Made by a program: the position numbers and the translations under genes. 64,000 nucleotides of DNA from Sphyrna mokarran (Eukaryota). Below the pieces are notes generated by a model. The model had not been told where the DNA came from, ran no database searches, and was given only the letters and a program-made list of their open reading frames with translations. Below are positions 26,225 to 38,527 of this stretch, in pieces. Positions within the stretch are counted from its first letter, which is position 1. The number at the start of each line of letters is the position of its first letter. The stretch covers positions 33,976,001-34,040,000 of the forward strand of contig JAGIQG010000015.1 of assembly GCA_024679065.1 (NCBI GenBank). The letters are read 5' to 3'.

Positions 26225-27334
26225 TTACAGAGATAAATATGATTACCTGAAAGACCAAACATTGATATAAGTGTGCAATCCAAATTATTTTTAACCCTTA
26301 TAAGGATTACTCACTTTCAGGCACAAACCATATTGACAGGGAGGAAAAATAATCCAATGAACAATTAGGTACTTCACTAACTACAAGCGCACCTGTTGTT
26401 GGCAACTAAATAAACAAGCTATATTGGTTCTATAATCATTGGGTAAACTTCATACCATAGTGTATAAACAAACATATGATGCCTTCATTCATGTCCATAA
26501 ACATAGAAATAGAAGCAAGACTAGGCCATTCGGCCCTTCAAGCCTGCGCCGCTACTCATTTTGATATGGCCGATCATGAAATTCAATACCCTGATGCCTT
26601 CACCAACATCCCCCCAACCTCTTCCCCTATCCCCTGTCAGTATCTTAAGCTCTTTGGCCCTAAGAGCTATTTGTTCAAAAATCTGTCACCCCAAAAAATG
26701 TGCTGATTGTTCTTTTAATATACACAAATTAAAGTAGTTGACACAACTTATGTCACAAATCTCCATAAAGGCTTCACAAGAGCTCAAAGAGCCTAGGCAG
26801 AAAGTGGAAAGAACATAGCAAGTGGGGAGGTCAAAGCGTTAGGGTTAGTTGAGATGTTCAAAGAAAGAACTAAAGCAACTTTGCAGAAGCAGACTGAGTG
26901 TAGGGATAATTTGTCCAAAGGACTTGCCGCTAGATAAGGAAGATTAGGCCAAAATCAGAGTGCATAAGAGCTGAGAAATAAGACTGTAGAATATGTAGGC
27001 CCTCTAGTATTGAAAGAATATCAAAAACAATCGAAAAAGTCACAGTTTGAATGTTAAATTTGGTGACGAATCATACTTCTGAAGAGTGATTTAAGAAATT
27101 AGGATTTTTGTCACCAAACCTGAAAAGATTAAATATGACCATTACAGAACTTGTATCAATCTAATACTTGGTGCAGCTGCAATATTGAAGAATCAAAATC
27201 AGAACTGCCAATTACTCATTCAGTTGAGAGTCGTGTTGCATTATTCCTGGCGCATCTTGATAGGGGTGTTCAAGGTAACGAGGAACATTTATAAATGGTC
27301 TTTTATGTAGAAAAATGTTTCAAAATGCTTCACA

Positions 27335-27630
27335 GAAAACAAAGAAAATTACAGTACAGGCCCTTCAGCCTCCAAGCCTGCACCAATCATGCTGCTCATC
27401 TTAAACAAAACACTCTACCTTTTCGAAGACCATAACTCTCTACTTCCATCCTATCAATGAATTTGTCAAGATACCGTTAAAGGTCACAATTGTATCTGCT
27501 TCCACCAACTCCCTCAGCAGTCAGTTCCTGATCCCTATTACCCTCTGTAAAAAAACTTGCCTCATACAATCTTGCCCCTTAAACCTATGCCCCCTTGTAA
27601 TTGACTTTTCCACCATGGCAAAAAGCTTCA
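27335..27630 (-). mobile_element. CR1 3' fragment
   Basis: reverse CR1 tail 'aaagaaaattacagtacaggcccttcagcc' and 'tctgcttccaccaactccc'. Confidence 0.6.
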
Positions 27631-30027
27631 CATTTTTGTTTCGGATCTTGGATCATTTTGGATCAGAGCCATGAAGAAAACAGACACCGACAAAAGGAGG
27701 AATTATAAGGATGAACAAAATCTTGTTCAAGGAAGTAAATTTGAAGTCTTGATGGAGAAGCAACAGGCGCAAGAGTTTCAGGAGGAAATTCTTGTCGGTA
27801 GCAAAAAGCAGCCGATTACATTATTGTGAATGCTAAGGCAAAGGGTGGGAGACAGGTGTGAGATAGAAGATTGGCATTAGAGGAAAGGAGAATTTTAAAT
27901 CCAAGACATTAGAGAACTGGTATCAATTCAAGTCAGACAGGAGATGGTGATAGGCAAGCAGACTCTGGCAGCACAGATTTTGAGTTGGAGGTTATGGAGG
28001 GTAAAGGATGGAAGTGGAATGTTGGAGTAAATAGATCTGAGATAATGAAAGTCATTACAAAAAGTGAAGAAAATTTAAATTATGATTTTAAAATAAGAAT
28101 GTTCAGTAATTTTTATCTAAAAGTACATAACTGGAATGTCTGAAACAATGTACTGAAAGATTTGCACCATGAATATTGCTGTGGTAATTACAGATGCAAT
28201 GTACTCCAAAAACAAATCCTTCCTCTCTATCTATGTGCAAGGGGTTAAAATGATAAAGGTCTGAATTCTGGGGTAGGAATGAGAGCTAAATTGGCAGCAT
28301 TTGCTACCATTATTCCTGACAGTAACTTTGGAGTATGCAGTTAAACACAGAAATGCAGTAAATACAGAAATGTTTAGTCTGTGATTCTATACTTCCCAAT
28401 GGGGTCACTGTAGGGAAGCATCTTTCCCCACCCCCCCAAGTCTGCAATCAACTGAGAGTCAATGAACTAACAAAAACTTCCCCTTTTACACAATTAATCA
28501 CAGTTAAAACCCTTGAACAAGTTACGTCTAGTTGATTGAATGCTATAGTAAATTCATAATTATTGTTGAACAGTTTCACTGACCCAGAAAACCTAATTTT
28601 ATAATCGTGAAATATCAAGTGTTATTTTTGGATTGTAGTGAAGAAATTTGACATTTTAATTGCTTATGGCATGTTAGTTTCTATCTTAATCCTAGGTGCA
28701 CGGACAAATCATTCATTTTGATTGCTATACAAAATAGTGCATTTTACTTCCTATTTTGCAGTCTATGGAAATTCTTCAGTGCAACTGGCTGCTTACCCCG
28801 CTTGCTGACATCGCTGTTGCTGGGCACCTGGAGACCCCCTTTGACTTGATGCCAGGTTCAAACTGACATCAAGAAAAGGGAAATCCACACCAAAAAGGTC
28901 ACCATTTCTCTGGGTAGTTTTCTTTGAGTCAGTAATGAGTATCTTCACTTCATTGCTGGTCACAAGATCTAGGTCAATTTTTTCTAAATTTATTCTTGGG
29001 ATGCTGGCATCGCTGGCTAGACCAGCATTTTTGCCCATTCCTAACTGTCATTGAGAAGGTGGTGGTGAGCTGCCTTCTTGAACCGTTGCCATCCATGTGG
29101 TGCAGGTACGCCACAGTACTGAATCTATTTCATAAAACATGAGACTCAACCAGTTTAAAATAAAGATCACTTCAGATCAATGGCATAACCTGATTAATAT
29201 GCATAACCTCACTGATTTAACAATTCTTTGTTTGTTGAGTCCACTATGAATTCCAAATACAATTTAAAAAAATTTTTTTTGGAGTTCATAATCAGATGTC
29301 TTCTGAAATTACCTCAACACATTTGTAGGGTGATTTCACCAATCTCCTTATCTGCATTGCAAGCTGGTGTAACTGCTCATTTTTAATTCTTAATAACATT
29401 TGTGGAGAAATGTAGAACTCATCTCCTGTCAAGAATCTGAGCAGGTATTATGTTACTTACACACAGGTCTATTTACAGCAGCTCCTGCCTGTATGATTCA
29501 AAGCAAGTGACAGCTGGTTGTACAGCTGCCCCATATATGTACAGGAGGAACACAGCTGCTTGCCAGCCAGAATTCCAGGAGCCACACTCATCAACTCTTT
29601 TAAGAGTAATCAGATTGTATTTTACTGTTCAGAAGGGACAGCCTGGACCCCAAAATTCCTGGATTAATTTATCAGCAAGACTGAAAATTTAGAAAAGACG
29701 CAACTTCCAAATAAGATGCTTTTAACTCACCACAAGTTAAGTAGGAATAACCTGATTCCTCCCCCCTCTCTTCAGGTGCTTGTAATAAAACGCACTGCAA
29801 GTCAGTATTGCAAGGTCCACAGCTGTCACTTCACATCCCCACACTAGAGTTCCCGATCTGTATCACACTAACTGCCCTTTTACAGGCAGGAACAGCCAGC
29901 AAGTCGTACTGCAGTGGTCCAACCAGTGTACTAGCCAGAGTAAGTTGTGCCCACAACACTGCTACTGGCTACTCCACAAGAGTGTGAAGCAAGTACAGAA
30001 GTTTAGTGTCTAAACAGCAATACATAT

Positions 30028-30312
30028 TCGCTAAGAACAAGTGTAGTATTTGGTTTTACACTTGATATAAGTCAATGAGATTACACTGAGGCTTCTTTTG
30101 AAGTAATTCTTTTAAAAACGCCATCCAGGCCTTTTGGGTAAGATGAAGTTCAGATCAAGCACTGCAGGGAGCGTAATGCCGGCTTCTATCGGCTTGGGTC
30201 TTCTTGATTGAGCCCAAGACAAGAAGAATGGGGTTCATCTTGTTAGCTTGGACCTCTTGTAGAGACTTTGATTAGATCAATTTGGCTTTTAATTGAATAT
30301 GACAAAAAAAAT
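30028..30312 (+). mobile_element. U2 snRNA-derived multimeric retroposed element (pseudogene or SINE-like)
   Basis: 30030-30058 gctaagaacaagtgtagtatttggtttta and 30128-30149 ggccttttgggtaagatgaagt match the U2 5' region; ends in A8. Confidence 0.6.
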
Positions 30313-30764
30313 CTAAGCAGCATTAAAACATTCCCTATCCACACAACAGCAAACATGCTGAAAAGAGTCGGGGGTGGGTGCTTGCTTAAATCTGGTTTCT
30401 GCAATGATAGTCATTTGTAGAAACTGCCTCAAATAATTAATGGTTGAGCCGAAGGGCCTGTTTCCACACTCTCTATCTCTATGTAAATCTCTATGACTCT
30501 TATACAGTAAAGGTCTCAAACTGCAGTTTTAAAAATAAACATCAGCTTCGTTTTCAATTATAAGCAGCAGCCTGGTCCTTGGTCCTTGTGAGGAAGGTTG
30601 GGGGGGTGATCAGAACTGCAGATAAGCAGTCCACTGGTCTACTGCAGGGCTTCCCTAGGGTGCTGTGAGTAATGGGCACCTACAATCACTCCATGATTTA
30701 GTTTGATAAGTTTTCTTTGGTTTAGTTCTAACTGAACTGCACTTTCCCATTTCTTTCTGCCTCC

Positions 30765-31082
30765 TGGGTGGCACGGTGGTTAGCACTGCTGCCTCACAGC
30801 ACGAGGGACCCAGGTTCGATTCCCGGTTTGGATCACTGTCTGTGTGGAGTTTGCACATTCTCCCCATGTTGGAGTGGGTTTCCTCTGGGTGTTTCGGTTT
30901 CTTCCCACAGTCCAAAAGATGTGCTGGTTAGGTGCACTAGCCATGCTAACTTCTCCCTCAGTGTATCCAAACTGGCGCCGGAGTGACTAGGGAATTTTCA
31001 CAGTAACTTCATTACAATGTTAACGTAAGACTACATGTGACATCAATAAAAGAAATAGAGAAAAATAAATAAAATAAAATAA
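30765..31082 (+). mobile_element. full-length V-SINE with Rex1-like tail
   Basis: ggcacggtggttagcactgctgcctcacagc, ggttcgattccc, V-domain, ttttcacagta...gtgacatcaataaa, A-rich end. Confidence 0.9.
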
Positions 31083-31097
31083 TGGAGCACGGCAGAT

Positions 31098-31226
31098 TTA
31101 TTCTGATGAAAGGTCATAGATCTAAAACTTTAACCCTGTTTCTTTCTTCACAGATACCCGTCTGATCCAATGGGAACTCTTAGCATTTTCTGTCTTTATT
31201 TCAGATTTCCAACATCTGCAGTACAA
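31098..31226 (+). mobile_element. Penelope-like terminal repeat fragment with degenerate hammerhead core
   Basis: ctgatga-a-aggtc(ata)gatct-aaaac then 'cacagat...agcattttctg...tcagatttccaacatctgcag'; related copy at 40938-41068. Confidence 0.55.
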
Positions 31227-31269
31227 AAAATCTCCATTTATTTCATTGTGGCTTCTCTGTTGATGACAC

Positions 31270-32280
31270 TGGGCGCGGTCTTGAGCCTTTTCTCTCTGAG
31301 GCGAGATTGTGGACGAGCCTTAAAACCTGGCAACATCCGGAAATTGGAAATCTTGCTGGTGAGACTCAAGATTTATGATTTTCCCCTTCCCTCGCCGGTG
31401 AGGTAAACAGGTGAGAGCCCAATTTCAATAAATTTAACTATGATTATACACTCCCCTCACTAAAAATTTCTCAACAGGTTTGACTATCTCTGGGGGTGCA
31501 AAGGTGAGCATAGATCCCAGAGTAGAGGGATATGGCCAGGCAGTGCTCTGGCAATGCCATTCTGTGCAGCAGTACCAGGGATGGGCCCAAGGGGGAGCCC
31601 ATGTACTTGTGGTGGTGGTGGGGTGGAGTGGGCACCGAGGGGAGGGGAATGTGAATGCCAGTGTTATTGGGGGAGGGGATATGATGATTGGATGACTGTT
31701 AGGGATGGGGAGGAAATGCCAGTGATAATGATGTGGAGGGAGTCATGTCTCTGACGATGGAGGAATGCGGGTGGGTGTACAAATAATGATTGTGAGGAGG
31801 AGAAGATGTAAGTGATGAGGGGGGGGGTCGTGCAGGGGGATGATGAGGATACAGGTGATGATCGTTTGTGGAGGGAGGGGGGTGGGGGGGGGGGGGGAGA
31901 AGAGCAGTAAATTTTGGGTGGGATTTTCCAGCTGCGCATGCCACAAGACCAGCAATTCCACCCAAGGTCAACCTTATATGGTCCACCAAATTTCCCGACC
32001 TGTCCACTACAATTCCCATGGTGGGCAAGACCGGAAAATCTTGCTGTGTGTGTTCTGAACAGGGCACCCTTTCAAGACGACGCCCCAATCTCAGTGGAAC
32101 CTGTTCCCGGCTCTAAGGGTCTGCCTCACCAGAGTGACGGTGTGAACTGTAGCCAAGCTTCTTTTCCCAGATGATAATGCTCAAAAATCTGGAGAGAAAA
32201 CTGCTCAGTGAAGCTGGAGAACTTACACCAGTTTTCCCACCAGAACTAACACTTTGCCAAATTCTGGTAAGATCACCTCA
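31270..32280. repeat. non-autonomous element with purine-rich interior and imperfect terminal inverted repeats
   Basis: starts gggcgcggtctt, ends ggtaagatcacc; G-rich low-complexity middle; similar design at 46750-47635. Confidence 0.4.
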
Positions 32281-32519
32281 TTGTGTCAGTTTTCAGAATC
32301 AATTCAAGAGGCACATTCTTCTCTGCAAACTCCACTTTTAAGTAATTAGCAGTCTATAATATGGTGTGGATTAGAACCAAAAAAAAACATATTCAGGGTT
32401 GAAATGAAGACACTTGATGTCAGCTGTGCCATCAGATGTACTTATTGGAGAGTGAGTTGACCCAAACTGTTATCATACACCAGTGGCCAGAGTTTTTCAT
32501 TATTATTTCAAGGGATTCA

Positions 32520-34350
32520 AGTGTCCTGGGTCAACATTTGTTACTTACCTCTACTCGCCCATGGAGGTAGTTAATGGTGGTCAACAGGATTTATGAACCA
32601 CTGCAACGCATCTGTTGCTACTAGGAAAGAAGTTCCAGGGTTTTGACCCTACTGGCAGTCAAAGAACATCAGTATAGTTCCAAGACAGGATATTGTATGG
32701 CATGGAGGGGAACTTGCAGGTGCCAATGTTCCCACTCAGCTGCTGCCCTTGCTCTTCTAGGTGGTGGAGGTCATGTGTTCAGAAAGTGCTAACTAAGCAG
32801 CCTTGGTAAATTGCTGCAGTGCATTTTTTTAAATGTTACACAGTGCTGCCAGTGTGAATCGTAGAAACCTGCAGTGCAGGAGGAGGCCATTCGGCCCATC
32901 GAGTCTGCACCGACCACAATCTCTCTCCAGACCCTACCCCCATATCCCTACATATTTTACCAGCAAACTTACACATCGCATGACACTAGGGGGTAATTTT
33001 TAGCATGGCCAATCAACATAACCAGCACATCTTTGGACTTTGTGGGAGGAAACCGAAGTACCCAGAGGAAACCCACGCAGACACGAGGAGAATGTGCAAA
33101 CTCCACACAGCCAGTGACCTAAGCCGGGAATCGAACCCAGGGCCCTGGAGCTGTGAAGCAGTAGTGCTAACCATTGTGCTACCATGCCAGTTGTGAATGG
33201 AATGCCAAATAAGCAGGTTACGTTGTCCTGAATGGTGTCCAAATTCTTGAGTGTTGCTGGAGCTACATTCATTCAGGCCAGTGGAGAGCATTCCATCGCA
33301 CTCTTGACTTCAGAATCCTACAGAGTAGAAGAGGCCCTTCAGCGCATTGAATCTGCACTGACACAGACCTGCCCATCTAATCACATTTGCCAGCACTTGG
33401 CCCATAGCATTTTGTAGATGGTGGACAGGCCTTAGGGAGCAAGTGATGAATTATTCACTGCAAAATTCTTAGCATCTGAGAACACAGATATTACTGCTTC
33501 AAAATAAGGAGAAGTCAGTTAGAACAGAGTTGAGGAGGAATTACTTTTCTGAGGGTAGTGAATCTCTGGAATTCTCTGCCCATTGAAGCAGTGGAGGCTA
33601 CCTCGTTGAATATGTTTTAAGTCACAGGGAGATAGATTTCTGATCAATAAGAGAATTAAGGATTATGGGGAGCAGGCGGGTAAGTGGAACTGAACTACTA
33701 TCAGATCAGCCATGATCTTATTGAATGGTGGGGCAGGCTCGAGAGGCTACTCCTGCTCCTATTTCTTATGTTCTTATCTAACCTGCTCTTTTAGCTATGG
33801 TATTTATACGGCTGGTCCAGTTCAGTTTCTGATCAATGGTAACCCCCAGGATGTTGATAGTAGGGGATTTAACAATGGTAATATAATTGAATGTCAAGAG
33901 GTGATAGTTAGACTCTCTCTTGTTGGAGATGACCAGTACCTGGGACTTGTGTAGCACAAATGTTAACTGCTACTTATTAGTCCAAACCTGAATGTTGTTC
34001 AGATCTTACTACATGTAGATACTGACTGTTTCAGTATCTGAGGAGTTGTAAATGGCATCAAACACTGTGTAAGTCATCAACAAACATCCCCTCTGACCTT
34101 AGGATGGAGGATAGGTCATTGATGAAGCAGCTGGAGATGGTTAGGGCTAAAGCCTACCCTGAGGAACTCCTGCAATGTTGTCCTGAGGCTGAGAAGTCTG
34201 ACCTCCCACAACCACAGCCACCCCCCTTTGAGCCAGGTGTGACTCCAACAAGTGAGTTTTCCCCGTTTCCCACCAACTTCAATTCTGCTAGGGGTCCTAA
34301 TTGCCACTCAGACAATCTCTGCCTTGATGACAAGGGCAAGTGCGCTCAAC
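32520..34350 (-). mobile_element. CR1-Zenon-like LINE fragment with nested HE1 SINE (32860-33188) and CR1 piece (33520-33778, +)
   Basis: APATLKNLDTIQD and 'ctcaggacaacattgcaggagttcctcagggtag' (GVPQG) remnants. Confidence 0.7.
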
Positions 34351-34866
34351 TCATTTCTACTAATTGTCAATTATTATTGTTGTTCCTGTGTCATGGAATG
34401 ACATGCCCTTTAACATTATTATTACAGGTTACGTTGAGCCCTGCTGTGTTGTTGCAATGTTCCGTGCACTGATTTTCTGAAACCTGCTCCAACAGCACAT
34501 TCATTCGTTGATTTTACAAAGCTGTTGGTTCTTTGAGTACCAAGTTCAGCAATGCAGCTACCAGAGGGTGAGCGAGAAACTGATCAGTTGTATTTCCATA
34601 TGTAAAAGTGCTGCAATAAGAGCATGGGGACAGTTATTCACTTGGCCCTCGGCCAGATTATTGTACGAAACAAAAATCCTCATTAAAAAAAAAAATAAAG
34701 CAACTAGTCAGTCAAGTCGTCATAATCAAATTTCACCATCATGTGCTTCGCCCTGCTAACTTCAATATCGAAAGATCACAAGGTTTTTCCATCAACAGAA
34801 CCAGCAGCTCAGCTTTGCAAGTCACCCCTTTCTCTGTGGTTCATTCCATCTAAGCACCTTTGAGGC

Positions 34867-34902
34867 TATATATATATATACACACACACATACATATATA
34901 TT
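34867..34902. repeat. (TA)n(CA)n microsatellite
   Basis: directly visible. Confidence 0.9.
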
Positions 34903-36974
34903 AAACCTTAAGAGACCTTTTGGTCTCTTTATTTTCCGGCAATAAAAGGTCATATTTGACTGAGCAGAGCAACCCAGTCCTCACCTGACACCCACGCAGA
35001 TACACTTCCAGCAGGGATTGCTGGATAGTGAGCAGTAGTGGCAATCTTCCTAATAGAAGCAACTGCCATCAATGCAGCAGCCCTCTGCTAGCTCACAAGC
35101 CTGCAATGGATCTTTACGGGCAAACGCATTAGGGAAGGGGGGAGGTGAAAGTAGTTTGGTGGGGGGGCGGTAGTCGGTGCTCTAGAAGGATTCCTGACTC
35201 TATAGGTTTTACACATTTCATGGAGGTACCATCAATAAAAGTAACTTCAATTAATCACAGGCTGCTGTTAAATAACTCAGCTGCAAAAATAAAGGAAGTC
35301 AGATGGTATCCGCAGAATGTCCACACCACATCCTCATTTGTGAATATTACGCTGAAACAATGAAAAAAAGCCAAAGTCTGTTAAAATGGGTAGCACTAGA
35401 ATATCACAAGGACAATGCATGACAGCTGCTTAACACAATTTACAAGAGAAACCAAGGCAGTTATAAACATTGAAGCCTTTGATAACCAGGAGCTCACATT
35501 TCCAAGATGCTACCATCCCCTGAACCAAATTCCATCATGCAGCTAAAAACAACTATACAACAACTGTGTAAACAGAGGCAACTATTTTACATTCCAGTGC
35601 CTAAGTTAAAAGATGACATTAAGGCAACAGGAGCATCTACTTTTTTTCACTGAAGGAACATCATTCCTAGGTTAGCAATCCTTTAGTGTGCAGTCTTGAA
35701 TTGTAAATCATCACCTCAACACAATCTTCCAAACTTGAATGAAGAATCAAGCTGTACTTATTTAAACTTTCTTAGCTTCAAACATCACAAGCTCTTTATT
35801 TATGTTGTTCCTTTGCCCATGTTCTGCTTTTATTAATGGCATTATTTACAATCTATAAAACAATAGTCCACATATAAAACTCTATTTGGACTTTTAGAAG
35901 GTTGAAAGGAATGTTCAGTTTCATTACCTGTACAATCACAATTCCTATTAATCATTTCCAATTTCTTTAGTCGATTTCAGAACACGGAGATAGAATATAC
36001 CTGCAGCTGTGGTCTTGAGTCACACATTTCTAATAATGTAGTATTTAAAATTGTGCCTCATTATTGATAATACTTACTACCAATTCCTTCATTATGCAGC
36101 TGTGCAGAATATTGCTGAACTATTTATCTGGGTTGCAAAAAAAGCTGATAATCTATTAGCCAACACTTCTTACTAAGTCCAGGAACTAGCATTTGAACTG
36201 CAACTGAAAGTGGTATTATTAAAGTTTACAGTCTCACTTCACATGGATTTACAGAAATTGAGGACATGTTGGAAGGGTGATGGATCTCAACCATGCATGC
36301 ATACGTACGTACAATTAGATCTCCTATGATTATTAAGTAATGTTTCAATACTTTTAGTTTGGACTATATATTGATTTGTTGTTTTAACAAGAGTGCACAA
36401 AAAGACAAAGTGCAGGAAGACATTTGTCCAAAATGAACCAAAGCATTTTTAAATGATTTGTATAAAATATTATTGTGCAGCAAGCTCCTCACAGACCTAC
36501 TGTTTGAAACAACTGTTCAAAACCTAAGAATTTTCAAAGCAAGCTGAGAGACTGATGAGAAGATAGTGAGTTAAGTGCGGTGAAATTTAAGAAAAAGATA
36601 ATCACTTAAGGTTTCAGAGTTATTGAAGTGATACTTCTGTGTTACAGACATGCAAATGAACTAAACCAATGCTTCACAGTGTGGTATTTTCAAAAGGAAC
36701 CAAGTGTCTAGCAACAAAATCTTGTGGTTACAGAGGAGGAAGCATGAAAAATTAAGAAATATTTTTAAACTAACAAGGTAACAAGCTGCCATTCACAAAA
36801 ACAGTTCATGATTAACCAGTACTTCTTTCAAAGTAAATCCTGATTTTTCAGTTTGGAGCTGTAACTTAGTCCATTTACCAATTAATTTAATTTAACACAT
36901 TATTTACAAAGGAATCTTTAAACTGTCTTAGGTGCCTTCGCTCAAAATTTACCCCAAAGCTAGCTAGTGCCGTG

Positions 36975-37320
36975 CTAAAGGAAAGGATTTGCAATTACAG
37001 AGCATATTTCATAGCCAGTGGACATCCCAAAGCATTTTCCAGCCAATGAGGTATTTTTGAAAGTTAGTAACTGTTGGAAAATGCACTTGCCAATTTAGCA
37101 CAAAGTTCTGCCAACAGCCATGACGTATATGACAGCTTTAAAAAGAATTGGTTCAGAGATAAGTACTAGACAAAACATTGGGAATATTCCTGTTCAAATA
37201 TTGTCATAGAATCTTTCATCTCTACCCAAGAGAGTAGACAGGCCTCGGTCTAATGTCTCTTCTGAAGGATAGCGTTCCTGACACTGCAGCATTCCTTACC
37301 TGCTGTACTGAAACGAGTCT
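36975..37320 (-). mobile_element. ancient DeuSINE (SacSINE1/AmnSINE1-like)
   Basis: 'ggacatcccaaagcattttccagccaatgaggtatttttgaa' Deu-type 3' part; related copies at 45890-46120 (+), 47940-48215 (+), 61735-61960 (-). Confidence 0.6.
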
Positions 37321-37636
37321 GAATAGGAAGCTTTTCCAGTAACTTTAGATCCCCAGGACAAAATGTCCATCCAGACAACAGCACAAATCAGCTCTGAACT
37401 GACACCTGCACTCAAACTGAGGATGGATCACGCATCAGAATGCTGAGAGACTGAATTAATTGTTGAGATTCAGCCGAAACAGAGCAACAGGTTGTATTTT
37501 ATCTCACCAGGCAACACTTAGTGCTAAAAGTGGAAAGTAAACGTGATAAGCATCGTTGTGGTGATTGTTCGACAAACTGGTTGCAAGAGACCCAGAGACA
37601 GGTTACAAACGTTTATCTGAGATTTTAACATGTAAA

Positions 37637-37738
37637 GAGAGCACAATCACAGGGAGATCCCTGATACAGCACTCTCCCCTAATACACCATTCCACAAGGA
37701 GAGCATAATCACAGAGAGACCTCTGATACAGCACTCCA
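37637..37738. repeat. two-copy direct repeat, about 38 bp unit, 62 bp period
   Basis: gagagcacaatcacagggagatccctgatacagcactc / gagagcataatcacagagagacctctgatacagcactc. Confidence 0.85.
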
Positions 37739-38085
37739 CTAAGTCCCAAATTGCCACTATATTTATACACTGTTAATCACATACATTGTTTAATTGCCAA
37801 TCTGGTCTACAGAAGTTTATTATTAAACCCAAAGCAGGATTATCACCTCATAGCTAGAGACTTTCCTAGTCCTATTTTCCCAGAGATCACATTTAATCTG
37901 CTCTGACTCAATATCTGACCTTCGATCAATAAACAACCAAGGCCTTACTGGAGAGACCCTGCTGCGAGAGTCCTGATGATCTCAAATCCTTAGGGTGCTC
38001 AAGTTTCACTTCAATGCTAGTAGCATTCAACTAACATGTAGTCTTATTCTAAAAATCTATTAATTTCCCCAACAAGCGTGTTTCA

Positions 38086-38298
<213 letters not shown>

Positions 38299-38527
38299 CT
38301 AAAATAACATTAAACAACAGCACATTCAGCATAAAATGAACTAGTGATCATTTGGCTTGTACTGGTAAATACATTTTCATAAACTGAGGGAAATGTCCTG
38401 ACACAACCTTCATCAATTTTGTGATCTGAAATATTTTGAGTGCTTCAGTTTCTCTTCGTAAAAAACCTTGATGTTTCTTTTCACAAAGAAAGTGATATTT
38501 ATCACATCATTCCAGCGTATTTTCAGA

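Noticed and set aside
30028-30155. Functional U2 snRNA gene
   Set aside because: Only diverged 5' fragments; no Sm site or 3' stem-loops in the right context
30768-30830. tRNA genes
   Set aside because: A/B boxes belong to SINE heads; no complete cloverleaf
30768-30986. Recurrent short ORFs of the type MARWLALLPHS..CGVCTFS
   Set aside because: Translations of SINE copies, not a gene family
37637-37738. CRISPR-like repeat-spacer-repeat
   Set aside because: Two imperfect copies in a vertebrate intron, no cas genes
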